A stretch of 64,000 nt of DNA from NCBI RefSeq assembly GCF_018350175.1, contig NC_058377.1, positions 101,060,001 through 101,124,000 on the forward strand, in the 5' to 3' direction. The notes below the pieces were generated by a model. The model ran no database searches and was not told the origin of the DNA. It was given only the letters and a program-made list of their open reading frames with translations. Each line of letters begins with the position of its first letter. The stretch's first letter is position 1. This stretch comes from Felis catus (lineage: Eukaryota). Made by a program: the position numbers and the translations under genes. Below are positions 38,717-50,200 of the stretch, piece by piece.

Positions 38717-39510
38717 TTGTTTTCACTAATTCAAAAGTACCGAAAAACCTATTCAAACCTTCTAAATATGCATTATTTTCCTCCACTTAATTTATTTTAC
38801 AAGTTTCCTGCTCATATATCATGCCATTTAAAATTATTGTGACTTAGTTTTTGCTTTGATATCCATGTGGTCTAGACTCTTTCTTTAGAGCTATTGTTAC
38901 CTGTTTTTGTTTGCAATTGGTAACGAGTGTATGATAAACACTTGTTGATAACAAGTGTATGATAAATACCATATTATTGTTGAATAATATACTTTTTGGC
39001 TGCTTTTTCATCTTTTACATGCACTATGTCATTTAATACATTTACCGGTCTTTTCATTTTTCTGATCTTTTTTATAAACTATCTTTTCACCTTGTTTTCA
39101 TTTAGGTCTACTTCTGTGATTAGGAAATGCACTCTGCTGGCTTGAATTGGCAAAGATGGCCAATAGATTCTGTGATTGTGCAGACAGCACTTAGGTTGAA
39201 CACATGCTAATTAAATTATATTAAATTTCTAATTAAAATAGAACTACTGTAATTTTTTATAATACAATTTGGAAAGCATTATGTATTACATACATGTAAC
39301 TATAATCTATGCACAATATGAAAGATTTAGACTGTTTGTGTTTGCCCTATAAAATTCCCTGTTACGTAAGTGCATATCATATTTTATGTAAAATGTGGTC
39401 TAGACATAATTTAAGACGTACTATTTTTGCTTTTGGTGCCATGCCAAAATGCTATTTAATACAAATATGTTAAAGAAATAAGAGTAGAATAGAGTATGTC
39501 AAAAATACAA

Positions 39511-39715
39511 GGGGTGTGTGAGTGGCTCAGTTGATTAAGCAACTGACCCTTGATCTCAGCTCAGGTCATGATCTCATGGGTTTGTGAGTTCAAGCCCTGC
39601 ATTGGGCCACACGCTGTCAGTGTGGAACCTGCTTGAGATTCTCTTTCTCTCTCTCTCTGTCTCTCTGTTTCTCTCTGTCTCTCTCCATCCCTCCCCCCAC
39701 CTCGTCTCTTTCTGC

Positions 39716-39748
<33 letters not shown>

Positions 39749-39772
39749 AACTTAAAAATACATTAGAAAAAA
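39511..39772 (+). mobile_element. Can-SINE
   Basis: TSD agag(t/c)atgtcaaaaata. Confidence 0.88.
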
Positions 39773-40084
39773 AGAGCATGTCAAAAATATGAAAAGCTGT
39801 GCCTGCTTCCAGGTAATTGATAGTGTTGGTAATAGCATATTTTGTTGAGCACTTACCATGTGCCAGACAATATTCAAAGGATATAACATATCCTCACAAG
39901 ATAACTTTTAGGTAGGTACTAGCAATATCCAAATGTTAATCTCACATAACAGAAAGCAATCCTTCTATCCCTTCAGGTGGAGATGTAAGAATAATCCTAT
40001 AATTTTCTTTATAGAAAATCACACCTAGTTCAGCTGCATACTATGTTGACTCTAGATACAGAATATATCTAGAGTCTATCTCTC

Positions 40085-40740
40085 AGCACATTCTCTGCCA
40101 CCACATTGGCCCAAGGGACCTGGTCTCAGAATTATTGCTGCAGCCTTTCACTTTGGCCTTACCCATCATGAGTCTGATCTTGCTGTAAAAGCCAGGGTGA
40201 TACTCTAAACCAGTAAATTGGATCATACCCACTTTCACAAATCCTACCAGACTTCTCATCCCTCTAAGAATAGAAACCAAAACTTTTACAAGCACCTATT
40301 GGTCCCAAATGATCTTGTGCCCCCTCCTTACATATAATAACTCATTCCTTAGAGTTCTGTCCATCATGCTTACTTTGTTTCAATAACATGCCCTCCTACC
40401 TCTGCTTGTACACGTTAGTCTTCACACTGCCTGGAATTTTCTCTTTTCTCCTCTTCACCCTGACACTTCCGACAACTGCATGACTTGGTCCTTACTCTGT
40501 TCTGAAGAATATCCCTTACCACCCGATTTAAAATTTTACCCATTCCTAGCCCTCTTTCATGCTCCATTTATTTCCCATAATGTTTTCTCTCCAACTAACA
40601 TTTTATGTATTTAGCTCACGCCTTTTCTTTCTTATATCCCTCCTCTTCTGCCCTTGCACCCTGTAAGCTCTATGAGCGCAGGATTTTTACTTGTTTGTTC
40701 AATGTCATACCCCCATCACCTAGGGAACGGCCTCAACAGC
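40085..40740 (+). mobile_element. L2 fragment
   Basis: ctgcctggaat.., tgtaagctctatgagcgcaggattttt..ttgttcaatg..ccccatcacctag. Confidence 0.6.
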
Positions 40741-41369
40741 TGTATCTGAAGGCTGCATTTTGCAGCTAATAAACCTAGAGCACAAAGAGATTAACTAACT
40801 GGTTCATAACTACTCCGTGTTAAAGAACAAGCTCACGTTGGAGCTCAGAGACTTTTCTCAGAGGTGAAAAAACAGAATTCATTGTTATATTAAAGCAAGC
40901 GTTAAATAATATACCAGGAGCTATATTGTCGGCACTCTAGAATTGCTGATGGAAGGCAGTGTGATTTTGACGATACTAGCTAAATTTTCTCAAACGGGTA
41001 CAGTCCTACTTACCAAAAGAGAGATTCTGGAAAAGAAAGAACAACTTATCAGATGATGGTATGGTTCTGGAGAGAGAACCTGTAATAGTCAGGGCACAGG
41101 CTATGGTACTGTAATGAAGGGATTCAGAAATCAAGTGTCCCAACAAAGACAAAAACAAGTACCCTCAGTTATAACATTGCAGAGTTTAGCTGGCTAAGGT
41201 TTGTGGATGGCTCTTTTTCACCAGGTCATCCTGGGACCTGGGTTTCTTCTATGTTGTTGAATTGGTGTCGCCCAGATCTGTCCTCCTGTGCATCAGGGAA
41301 GAGGGTTCACCCAGCACTCTGCATATTGCGGTCTGGGAGAAAGGGGCAATTTTCACAATGGGAAAGCAA

Positions 41370-43385
41370 TTCCCCTATTTTTGTTCATACAGACTTTTAA
41401 GGAGTTATTCAATTCATTTAATACATATAGGACTGTTCAGGTCACCCGTTTCTTCCGAAGTGACTATCTTTATGCAACTGCACGTTTCATTTAATTTTCA
41501 AAATTATTAACAGAGTTGTTTATACTATTCTATCATTACCCTTTTACTATTTCTGGGGACAAAGTGGCGCCCCTTCTTTCCCTCCTGATGTGGGTAATAT
41601 GTATCTTCTGTCTTTACAATGGTGACCACGGGAATTATAATATGCATGTTTAGTATAGTACAGTTTACCTAAAATAATATAAAATACAACTTTTAATGTC
41701 AGAAACCCAAAGCAGTAAAGACCCACTTCTTCTCTCTTTTTCTTTCTTTTGTTGTCACAAATTTTACTTTTATGCCTGGTTTAAGCCAATAACGCATCAG
41801 CATAGTTTTACCTCATTTATTCTTTAAAGCACTTAGAATTAAGTGTCCAATATGTGTTAAATTTATCTTCATTGTAACATTTTTGGTATTACTCATATCC
41901 TTGTGTAGACACAAATTTTCTTCTGTTATCGTGCTTCCATTGTCCGGAAAAGTGTGGAAACATGTTTCCTGGCTATAAATTATTTCAGTGTGTGTATATT
42001 TATTTCCAGAAAGATTCTGTTTTGTTTTTTATCTTTTGAAGATTTTTAAAATATTTCCATGCGTATTACATTCTGATTGACAGTGATTATATTTCACTAC
42101 TTTAAATGTTTCTTCATTATATCTGGTATGAATCATTTCTGATGGCATCTTCTATAATTCATATAATTTTTACTGTGTATGTGACATGCATTTTCCTCTG
42201 AATGCTATCATAATTATCTATTTATCTTCATTATTAATCAGTGGGACTAATGAGTCTAGGTGTGTTTTGTTTGTTGATCGGTTTGCTGTTTGTATTTTTC
42301 CTGTCTAGGGTCCACTGACCTTGGACCCATGGTTCGATGTTCCCTTAATTTTAGAAAAGTCATGGCCATTATCTTTTTAAATATTTCTTCTGATTAATTC
42401 CTTCTCTATTTTGTTCTGGATATTAGACTCTTTGATATTGTGCCATGATTATTAGATACTTTTATTCTCACTTTTTCTATAGCTTTCATTCTGTTGGCTT
42501 AATTCCTGTAGTTTATCTTCCAGTTTTCTGCCTGTTTCTCAACCTCTTTGATATACTGAGGAACCTGTTGAAGGAATTATTTGTCTCTGGTACTGTGAGT
42601 GTGTAGGTGTGTGTTTATTTCTAGAGTTTCACTGGACACTTCTTCATGGTTTCCATCCATCTGATGAAATACATACTCACTTATCTAATGTTACTGTCTC
42701 TACTAGATCTTTCGACCTAGTAATTTCAATGTTTAGTCAAGACCCCCAGCAACACCTGCTTTTAAAAAGTTGATTTACTACGATTCTTATGAGCTATTCT
42801 TACTATTTTTGGCTGGAGGCTGCAGAGAAAACTACAGTGAAGCCAAAACTTCTCTTTCTAGGCTCCTCTGCTTTCCCCAATCTCCCAAACCTGGCTTTCA
42901 TGTACACATATACATACATGTATTTAAAAAATAACATTTTTATTTATTTTTGAGAGACAGAGAGAGACAGAGCATGAGTGGGGGAGGAACAGAGAGAGAG
43001 GGAGATACAGAATCCAAAGCAGGCTCCAGACTCCGAGCTGTCAGCACAGAGCCCGACGCGGGGCTCGAACTCACAAACCGTGAGATCATGACCTGAGCCG
43101 AAGTCAGACGCTTAACTGACTGAGCCACCTAGGCCCCCTGATATATTTAATTTAGTTACTTTCTTCCTACCTTCTTGCCTGGTGGTTATATCTTTCTCCC
43201 ACCTTTTACAAAGGTGAAACAGTTCATGTGTCTCATCTCCTCCTGGAGGAACTTGTCTCCCCTTTCGATTCAGATTACTTGGATGTTTGCAAATTCTGCT
43301 TTCTGATAGACTCATGAAAAGTTATAATTGTGTAGATTGGCTGGATTTTTAAAAACATTATTTGCAGCTTTCTAAACCCAAGTGG
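41370..43385 (-). mobile_element. Degenerate old L1M fragments
   Basis: T-rich antisense L1-like text (ggccattatctttttaaatatttcttct, ttcagattact..aattctgct..ctgat); boundaries approximate. Confidence 0.5.
42936..43138 (-). mobile_element. Can-SINE
   Basis: T tail, (AG)n, head. Confidence 0.92.
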
Positions 43386-43394
43386 AAGTGGAAA

Positions 43395-43395
43395 T

Positions 43396-43435
<40 letters not shown>

Positions 43436-43566
43436 AATTTTAATTCCAGTGTAGTTACGATACAGTGTTATGTTAGTTTCAGGTATAGGGTATAACGATT
43501 CAACAATTCCATTTAGTACTCAGCGTTCATCAAGATAAGTGTTCTCTTAATCCCCTTCACCTATTT
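43395..43566 (-). mobile_element. Short L1 3' end with (ATTT)n tail
   Basis: tacagtgttatgttagtttcaggt..gattcaacaattcc L1 3'UTR motif. Confidence 0.75.
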
Positions 43567-44076
43567 ATATACTCTTTTAAGTCCCATCCAGTGGGGTAAT
43601 TTCAAATATCTCCTTTCTAGATAATGCCACATGTATAGTGCAATATTTACCTGGCATTCCAGTTCTGCACCTTGAATATATAATGAAATTTCAGAATCAG
43701 CATAGATATAACTGACAACACTGATCTCCTTTCTTCCTTTCTTCCTCCCTCTCTCCCCTCTCTTTTTCTTGACTTTTTATTCTGTCTTCATCTTATTAAT
43801 CATCCACGCTCAAAAGCTGAACATTCTACATGTTTCAATAAATGGAATAAATTTTGAAATCTAGTGGAAACCATTTTAAATGTATTCCTTTTTATTTCTG
43901 CCAATGACTTAAAGAAGATTTTTACTACTTCCGAAATTACGGGCTGGAAGCCAGATAATGCAGTTGGCAAAGTGAAAAACTTAGTGTATTCTTCCATTCC
44001 ATGTCACAATGTGCTTAAAAGCAGGGACAGACATCCAACATACTTTTCAGTTTTGCTTAATGGAAAAAGTGTCCTT

Positions 44077-44290
44077 GGGGCACCTGGGTGGCTCAGTCAG
44101 TTAAGAGACTTCAGCTTAGGTCATGATCTCACAGTCCCTGGGTTTGAGCCCCACGTTGCGCTCTGTGCTGACAGCTCAGAGCCTGGAGCCTGCTTCGGAT
44201 TCTGTGTCTCCCTCTCTCTCTCTCTCTCTCTGTCCCTCCTCAGCTCAAGCTCTGTCTCTCTCAAAAAAAAAAAAAAGATAATAAACAAAT
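44077..44290 (+). mobile_element. Can-SINE
   Basis: ggggcacctgggtggctcagtc head. Confidence 0.9.
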
Positions 44291-44707
44291 AAGCGTTAAA
44301 AATGGTAAAAATATCCTTTTTTATGAACTAATTTCTTTTGAAATTGCTTTTCATTGCCTCTTTTAATGTTTGATCCTGGAACTGTAAGGTGATAGGTACA
44401 GGAAGCAAAATTGTAGGGGGCGGTCACTAAGGATAGTAGTGAGTGGTACCACTCCCATTTCAACCTTTGGATTCTTGGACCTGTGAATCCTGGCTCTGGG
44501 AGACCTGGTACCATATACTAGATGATAAATGAGAGCATATATAGCCTTTATCTATGATCTTTATTGAAAATGTCCAAGAAGAGAAAGACACTAAAAACAA
44601 ACAAAATATTTTTTATTGTAACTTTTTCAAGTGGAGACAATATACGTCATTCTTAATTTTTGAAATTTAATGTGAAATTTAATGTAAATTTAATATGAAC
44701 AATACAA

Positions 44708-45640
44708 TTAATTGATAAACCAATTTTTTTGAAACACTCTTTTCATTGCCTCTTTTACATCTTTGTTCCTTAAACTGTAGATGATGGGATTCAGCATGGG
44801 AATCACAATGCTGTAAAACATTGACACTATCACGTCATGGTCCAGAGCATAGCTGGAACTCGGTCTCACATACATGAAGAGGATGGTTCCATGATATATT
44901 GACACTCCAGTTAGGTGAGAGCCACATGTAGAAAAGACTTTCCGCCTCCCTGCAGCAGAATGAATCTTCAGAATGGCCAACAAAATGAAACCATAGGAGA
45001 TCAGAACTGTCAGGATAGTGACGATCTCAATGGAGCCCACAAGGTAGAAGAGCAGGAGCTGGTTTGTGTGAGTGTCAGAACAAGAAATGGCGAGGAGAGG
45101 AGGGATGTCACAAAAGACATGTCTAATTTCATTGGATGCGCAGAAGGACAGGCTGAATGTGGCCACTGTGTGTACGGAAGCATGCAAAATGCCACCCACG
45201 CAGGAAGCAATGATGAGTGGCACATAGACTCTGGGTGACATGCTCACTGAGTACAGGAGAGGGTTGTAGATGGCGACATAGCGGTCATATGCCATTGCAG
45301 CCAAGAGAAAGCATTCTGTGGTCCCAAAGGTAACAGCCAGAAACATCTGTGTTGCACATCCAAGGAATGAAATGATTTTATTCTTTGACATGAAATCTAC
45401 TAACATATTTGGAGTAATAACTGAGGAAAAACAAGCATCCACAGATGATAACACACTTAGAAAATAGTACATGGGATTGTGGAGCCGGGAATCCCCAATG
45501 ACTAATGAAACTAAAACCAAATTCCCCATCATAGTAAAGAGGTAGATTGCTAGAAACAGGAAGAATAAGATTGTCTGCAGCTCAAGCTTATCTGTGAAGC
45601 CCTTCAGTACAAATATGGTGACTTCCGTGTGATTCTTCAT
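44708..45640 (-). CDS. Olfactory receptor OR5T subfamily with OR5T2-like N-terminal half, intact, 310 aa
   Basis: [23 protein letters not shown] and [17 protein letters not shown] resemble recalled OR5T2; [24 protein letters not shown] and KVFSTCGSH are OR5T signatures. Confidence 0.92.
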   Translation of the reverse strand: MKNHTEVTIFVLKGFTDKLELQTILFFLFLAIYLFTMMGNLVLVSLVIGDSRLHNPMYYFLSVLSSVDACFSSVITPNMLVDFMSKNKIISFLGCATQMFLAVTFGTTECFLLAAMAYDRYVAIYNPLLYSVSMSPRVYVPLIIASCVGGILHASVHTVATFSLSFCASNEIRHVFCDIPPLLAISCSDTHTNQLLLFYLVGSIEIVTILTVLISYGFILLAILKIHSAAGRRKVFSTCGSHLTGVSIYHGTILFMYVRPSSSYALDHDVIVSMFYSIVIPMLNPIIYSLRNKDVKEAMKRVFQKNWFIN

Positions 45641-47401
45641 GTCGAAACCTCATGGAACAAACTTGAAGATACTAATACAATTGTAATTCATATTAATATG
45701 ATAAAAGTGGCCATTCGTGTGACTCATGGAAAGTGAACTCTGTCCTCGTATTTATTTCTTGGCAATGAATAATATCCCATTAGTTGATGAGGAGACAGTG
45801 ACACGATGATGGATCAGAGGTTGAATGCACTCACTGTAGAATTAAATGGAAGATTGGAGATTTTACTCATCGGCTCAACTTAGGTCATTTCTAAAACTGA
45901 GGCCAAATGGGTGATTTACAACTGATTTCTATTAGCTGTTTTCCTATTAAATCACAGTGCACTGCTATGTATGTTTTTCTTACAACATAAAAACGAAGAT
46001 AGTGTATCAATGAACACAACATTGGAATTCACATCAGAATTCTAAACGTTTCAGCAAGTGTGTAAAATTATTTGCTATAATCTACTCACCTATAGCATTA
46101 TGACATCAATATTTATCTCAAAACATTGGAACAAATATTGAAGAAAATGTGTTAATGAAATTAAATATTCAAATTAATTTAAAATAGAGAATATACTAAA
46201 TTAGGTTAGTTTGACAGATTAACAGCCAATTGGATCGTAATATTTTAGAGGTTTAAATCTAAAAGCTTTCTAACTCCATTAAGTTATTTTGAACAGAACA
46301 AACCAAGACTGTTTTCAAGAATATGGACCATGATTAGATATAAAATTCTATGACAACATATGTTTCATTCAATGTGTTTTTGAAATACATATTATTCTTT
46401 GGAAGATAAATATTTGGTCATTTGTATGGGTTTTGGAGGTCTACATTATTGATAATGTATGTTTTTCTCTTCTTTCGGAATTCTATGTTGAAAATGAAAG
46501 AATTATAATAAAAAAATAGGAAATCTGTTTTTTTTTTCTTTCAGTATATTACACTTGATTATATAATGTTGATTTGGGATTCAGTGAATGAATAACTAGG
46601 TTATTATTATATAAAAGTAACAAATTCAGAAAATCAGTAATTAAAAATGTAACAAAAAATCTTCACACCTAGACATTACACTTAATATTTAAAAGAAGAA
46701 ATAGTAGCAAGAAATGAAAGCTAGAATATGTAGAAAAAAAACTTTTCAGGCATAGTGTCGTGGTTAATCAAACTAGGAGTCAAAGTATTAGCTGAACCTG
46801 AATTCAAAGTTCCATTATTTGCCCATAATATAACAATAGTTGGAGAATAGGTTTTACAAATTATTACACTTAATTTTTTTTTAGATATTCACCCATAGGA
46901 CATGTGAATCAGTCCTGAGGGCACATAATCTGCGGCAGATAATATTTGGTTAATTATTTAAATTCATAATGCAAGTCGAGCCCTAGTTTCAATACATTGA
47001 CATGGGTACCATCAGTAAGAGAGACAGCCATTTGACAACGAATCGTGATAGAAAAAGAGGAAAGTGAATCCCAGCAACCTTCTAGGAACAGTAAAGTCAG
47101 TATCACTTAGAATTGTCAATATCGGCAGAAAACATTTTCATAGATTATTAGAAAGATTAAATGCAGAGAAAACCAGAAAAACACATCTGAGACATCAAAA
47201 AAAAAAAAGCAAATTTAAGGTGAATCCTATGTATTGGGAATAAAAGTTACAACAAAACAAATTAAGACGCTCAAACAAACCACTTATCCTAATTAACTGA
47301 ATATTTTTGAGCTTCTTTAACATAATGAAATGCTTTTAAATATATCATTTCATTAAAAAAACAAAAAACAAAACAAAACAAAACAAAAAAAAACAACCTT
47401 G

Positions 47402-47607
47402 GGGCACCAGGGTGGCCCAGTCGGTTAAGCGTCTAACTTTGGCTTAGGTTATGATCTTACAGTTCATGGGTTCCAGCCCCGTGTCAGGCTCTGTGCTGAC
47501 AGCTTGGACACTAGAACCTGCTTTGGATTCTGTGTCTCCCTTTCTCTCTCTGCCCCTCCCCTGCTGGCATTCTCTCTCTCTCAAATATAAATGAACATTT
47601 AAAAAAG
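47402..47607 (+). mobile_element. Can-SINE
   Basis: Head, (CT)n, A tail. Confidence 0.88.
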
Positions 47608-47723
47608 AAGTAGGAGGATGGCTCCCCTCCCGGCAAAAAACAAAAACAAAAAAACCAAAAAACACCTTAATGAATTGACTGTGAAAACCTGAATACATTT
47701 TTTTCTTATGTTAGAAAAAAGGA

Positions 47724-47940
47724 AGAGTGCCTGGGTGGCTCAGCCCATTGAGCATCCAACTTTGGCTCAAATCATGATGTCATGATTCCTAAGTTCGAAC
47801 CCCTCATCAGGCTCTCTGCTGTCATTGCAGAGCCTGCATCAGATCCTCTGTCCTCCTCTCTCTGCCCCTCCGTGCTCACACTGTCTCCCTCTCTCTCAAA
47901 AACAAATAAACATTTAAAAATTTTTAAAAAAGAAAAAAAA
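47724..47940 (+). mobile_element. Can-SINE
   Basis: Head, (CT)n, A tail. Confidence 0.85.
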
Positions 47941-48252
47941 CGCCATGGGGAAAATATCATGAATATTTACCAAAGGAAGGTTCAGATAAGAGTTTATGTA
48001 GATGAGGTAAAAACAGAAAAGAAAAAAAAAAAACCAGACTTTCATAAATATGATGAAACCAATCTATGTTTTAATGCAGCAAAGAGTCACATGAAAAAGC
48101 TCAACCCCAATACAACTCACGGCATCAGGTCAATGATATACTGGGTACAGGGACAATTACATAGATTTGGAATTTGGAAGTATGTTTTCTTCATTCAGCT
48201 CCATTAGTAAAAGCCATGTGTGATACCAGACTTTCTCTCCAAAGCAACCCTT

Positions 48253-48346
48253 CTTCTTTTTTTTTTCTTTAAGGTATTTTATTTCATTTTCAGTATAGTT
48301 ATATTGTGTTATGTTAGTTTCAGGTGTAGGATACAGTGATTCAACT
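48253..48346 (-). mobile_element. Short L1 3' end
   Basis: tgttagtttcaggtgtag..acagtgattcaac motif after a T-run. Confidence 0.65.
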
Positions 48347-49929
48347 CCTCTTTCAAAGAGCTGTAAATCTAAGTGACAAAGTGGATACAAAAATGTACAA
48401 CCAGGCAGACTAAGCATGTAAAACAATAAATATTTCAAGCCATTTTCTTTAAATACGCCCATTTTTAATAATTTTAAGATTCATATAATTAAATTTGCCA
48501 TCAATATATTATTTTTTTTAAATAGTAAATATATGAGCACAACACCAATGTTACAGCTACATCATTGAAAACCAACGGACCAGAGCCTTGAACTAGATAT
48601 TTTATTCTTTAGCTACATGTAACACATTTTTTTCTGATTGCTAATATGTACTTAAACATTTTTCCAGTAGATTAAATCCAGTGATTTATATTATGATTCT
48701 GTTTTTCCCTCTGCACACAATTTATGTCTAGATTAGAGACTAGTTTTGTGAATTGCATGATCCATTAATAATAACAACAAAAACAAAAAATAAAAATGCA
48801 CACACAGATCCCCATAATCCTATGTGTCACATTACAGTGGGCTTAATTTTCTTTTTTTTTTGGGGGGGGGGGTAAATAAGATAATAAAAAAATTACAATA
48901 TTTAACACTTCATTTAAATATTATATGAAACTATCTTTCTGTTAGGTGAGTATAACTAAATCAATATTAGTACATATATCAGACCCAGACTTACGAAGAG
49001 AGACTGTATTCTTAAAGAATTTAATAATGTATGATCAACATTTATAATTAATTCAAAGTCACTTCCAAAAATATAACTTTCATAGAAGGCAGAATACTCC
49101 AAATATTTTGGGCTCACTACTGAAGCTCTAAATTCACAAAGGAGTAGAGAACAGAGAACTAACATTTATTGAGCTGTAGGAATGGACTTTTGCACACATT
49201 ACTTTATTTCCCTTTTGTAATAACTCTCACAGATAACAAGTGCCACAGCCAAGATTCAGTCTCAAGTGTCCTTCAGAGAGCACCCACTTTTCACCTTTTT
49301 TCATTGCTTCTTATTATGCCATAGCTTCATTCTGCAATTGACTTCCCTCCCCAGGACCTCCATTGGAATAAAACAAAATGTGTTTTTTTTTAATGTATTT
49401 AAATATTTTTAAGTCATCAAGACAAGAGAAACACTATGAAATAAGTCGTCATCTGAAGTGGCCAGCAAAATAAAATGAAAGGAATTATTATTTGCCTTAT
49501 TATATTAAAATATAATATAAAATATAATATAAAATATTATTTGCCTTATTATATTAAAATATAAGTGCCCAGAGAGTTGAAAGAGTTAAATGTTTCCTTG
49601 CCCTCGATTGAAACATTTTATCTTGTTTCACTTTGAACTGGTCTGCCTTCTGACATCAAGAAAATGAAAATATAGATGTATTTGGAGACTTCTAATTGCT
49701 TTTACAAATTCAAATTCATTATTTTCCATTTCTTTTGTTTTATTCCAGGAAGTGTTGTTATCCAATTTTTAGACAGATCTGCATAAGTCCAGTTTGTGAA
49801 GAATGTATTCTATTCACCTGTACAATAGGCAACAAGTAAAAGCTTTAATATGAGGGATTTCATCACATATTTGACCTTGATGTTTTAGGTTTCATTTCCT
49901 AAATATTCTGCAAATTATCTGAAAACTTC

Positions 49930-50200
49930 TCTTACCTACAGAACAGCAAAGGCAGGTTTAGGTACCTTATGAATGTAGTTCATTTAGATTGCTTATATCC
50001 ACTTACTCAGCTGTTGATAAAACTCAGAGGAGATGCCCTAATGGGAATATGGTCCAATTATCTCCTGGTTCAAAATAGCAATACAAGGATTTACTCAATA
50101 ATAAAGAAGTAAGTAGTCTGGAATAATGTACTGTATGTTAATATTACAGAAAATAAATAGTTGTTTGATCCCTGGTTTAAAATAATGCCCTAAAGATGTA
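49930..50200 (-). promoter_or_regulatory. Candidate promoter/exon 1 of the OR5T2-like gene
   Basis: Minus-strand donors AG|GTAAG (49931-49937) and GA|GTAAGT (near 50001); CAATTA next to TCTCCTGG near 50055; TCCCTGG near 50169; minus-strand acceptor TTTAATTCTACAG ending 45834. Confidence 0.4.

Noticed and set aside
40048-40076. 11-bp-stem hairpin GACTCTAGATA-N7-TATCTAGAGTC
   Set aside because: Isolated, at an L2/MIR boundary, too short for an RNA gene or MITE call.
49488-49564. Duplicated AT-rich 30-mer tattatttgccttattatattaaaatataa
   Set aside because: Ordinary low-complexity slippage.
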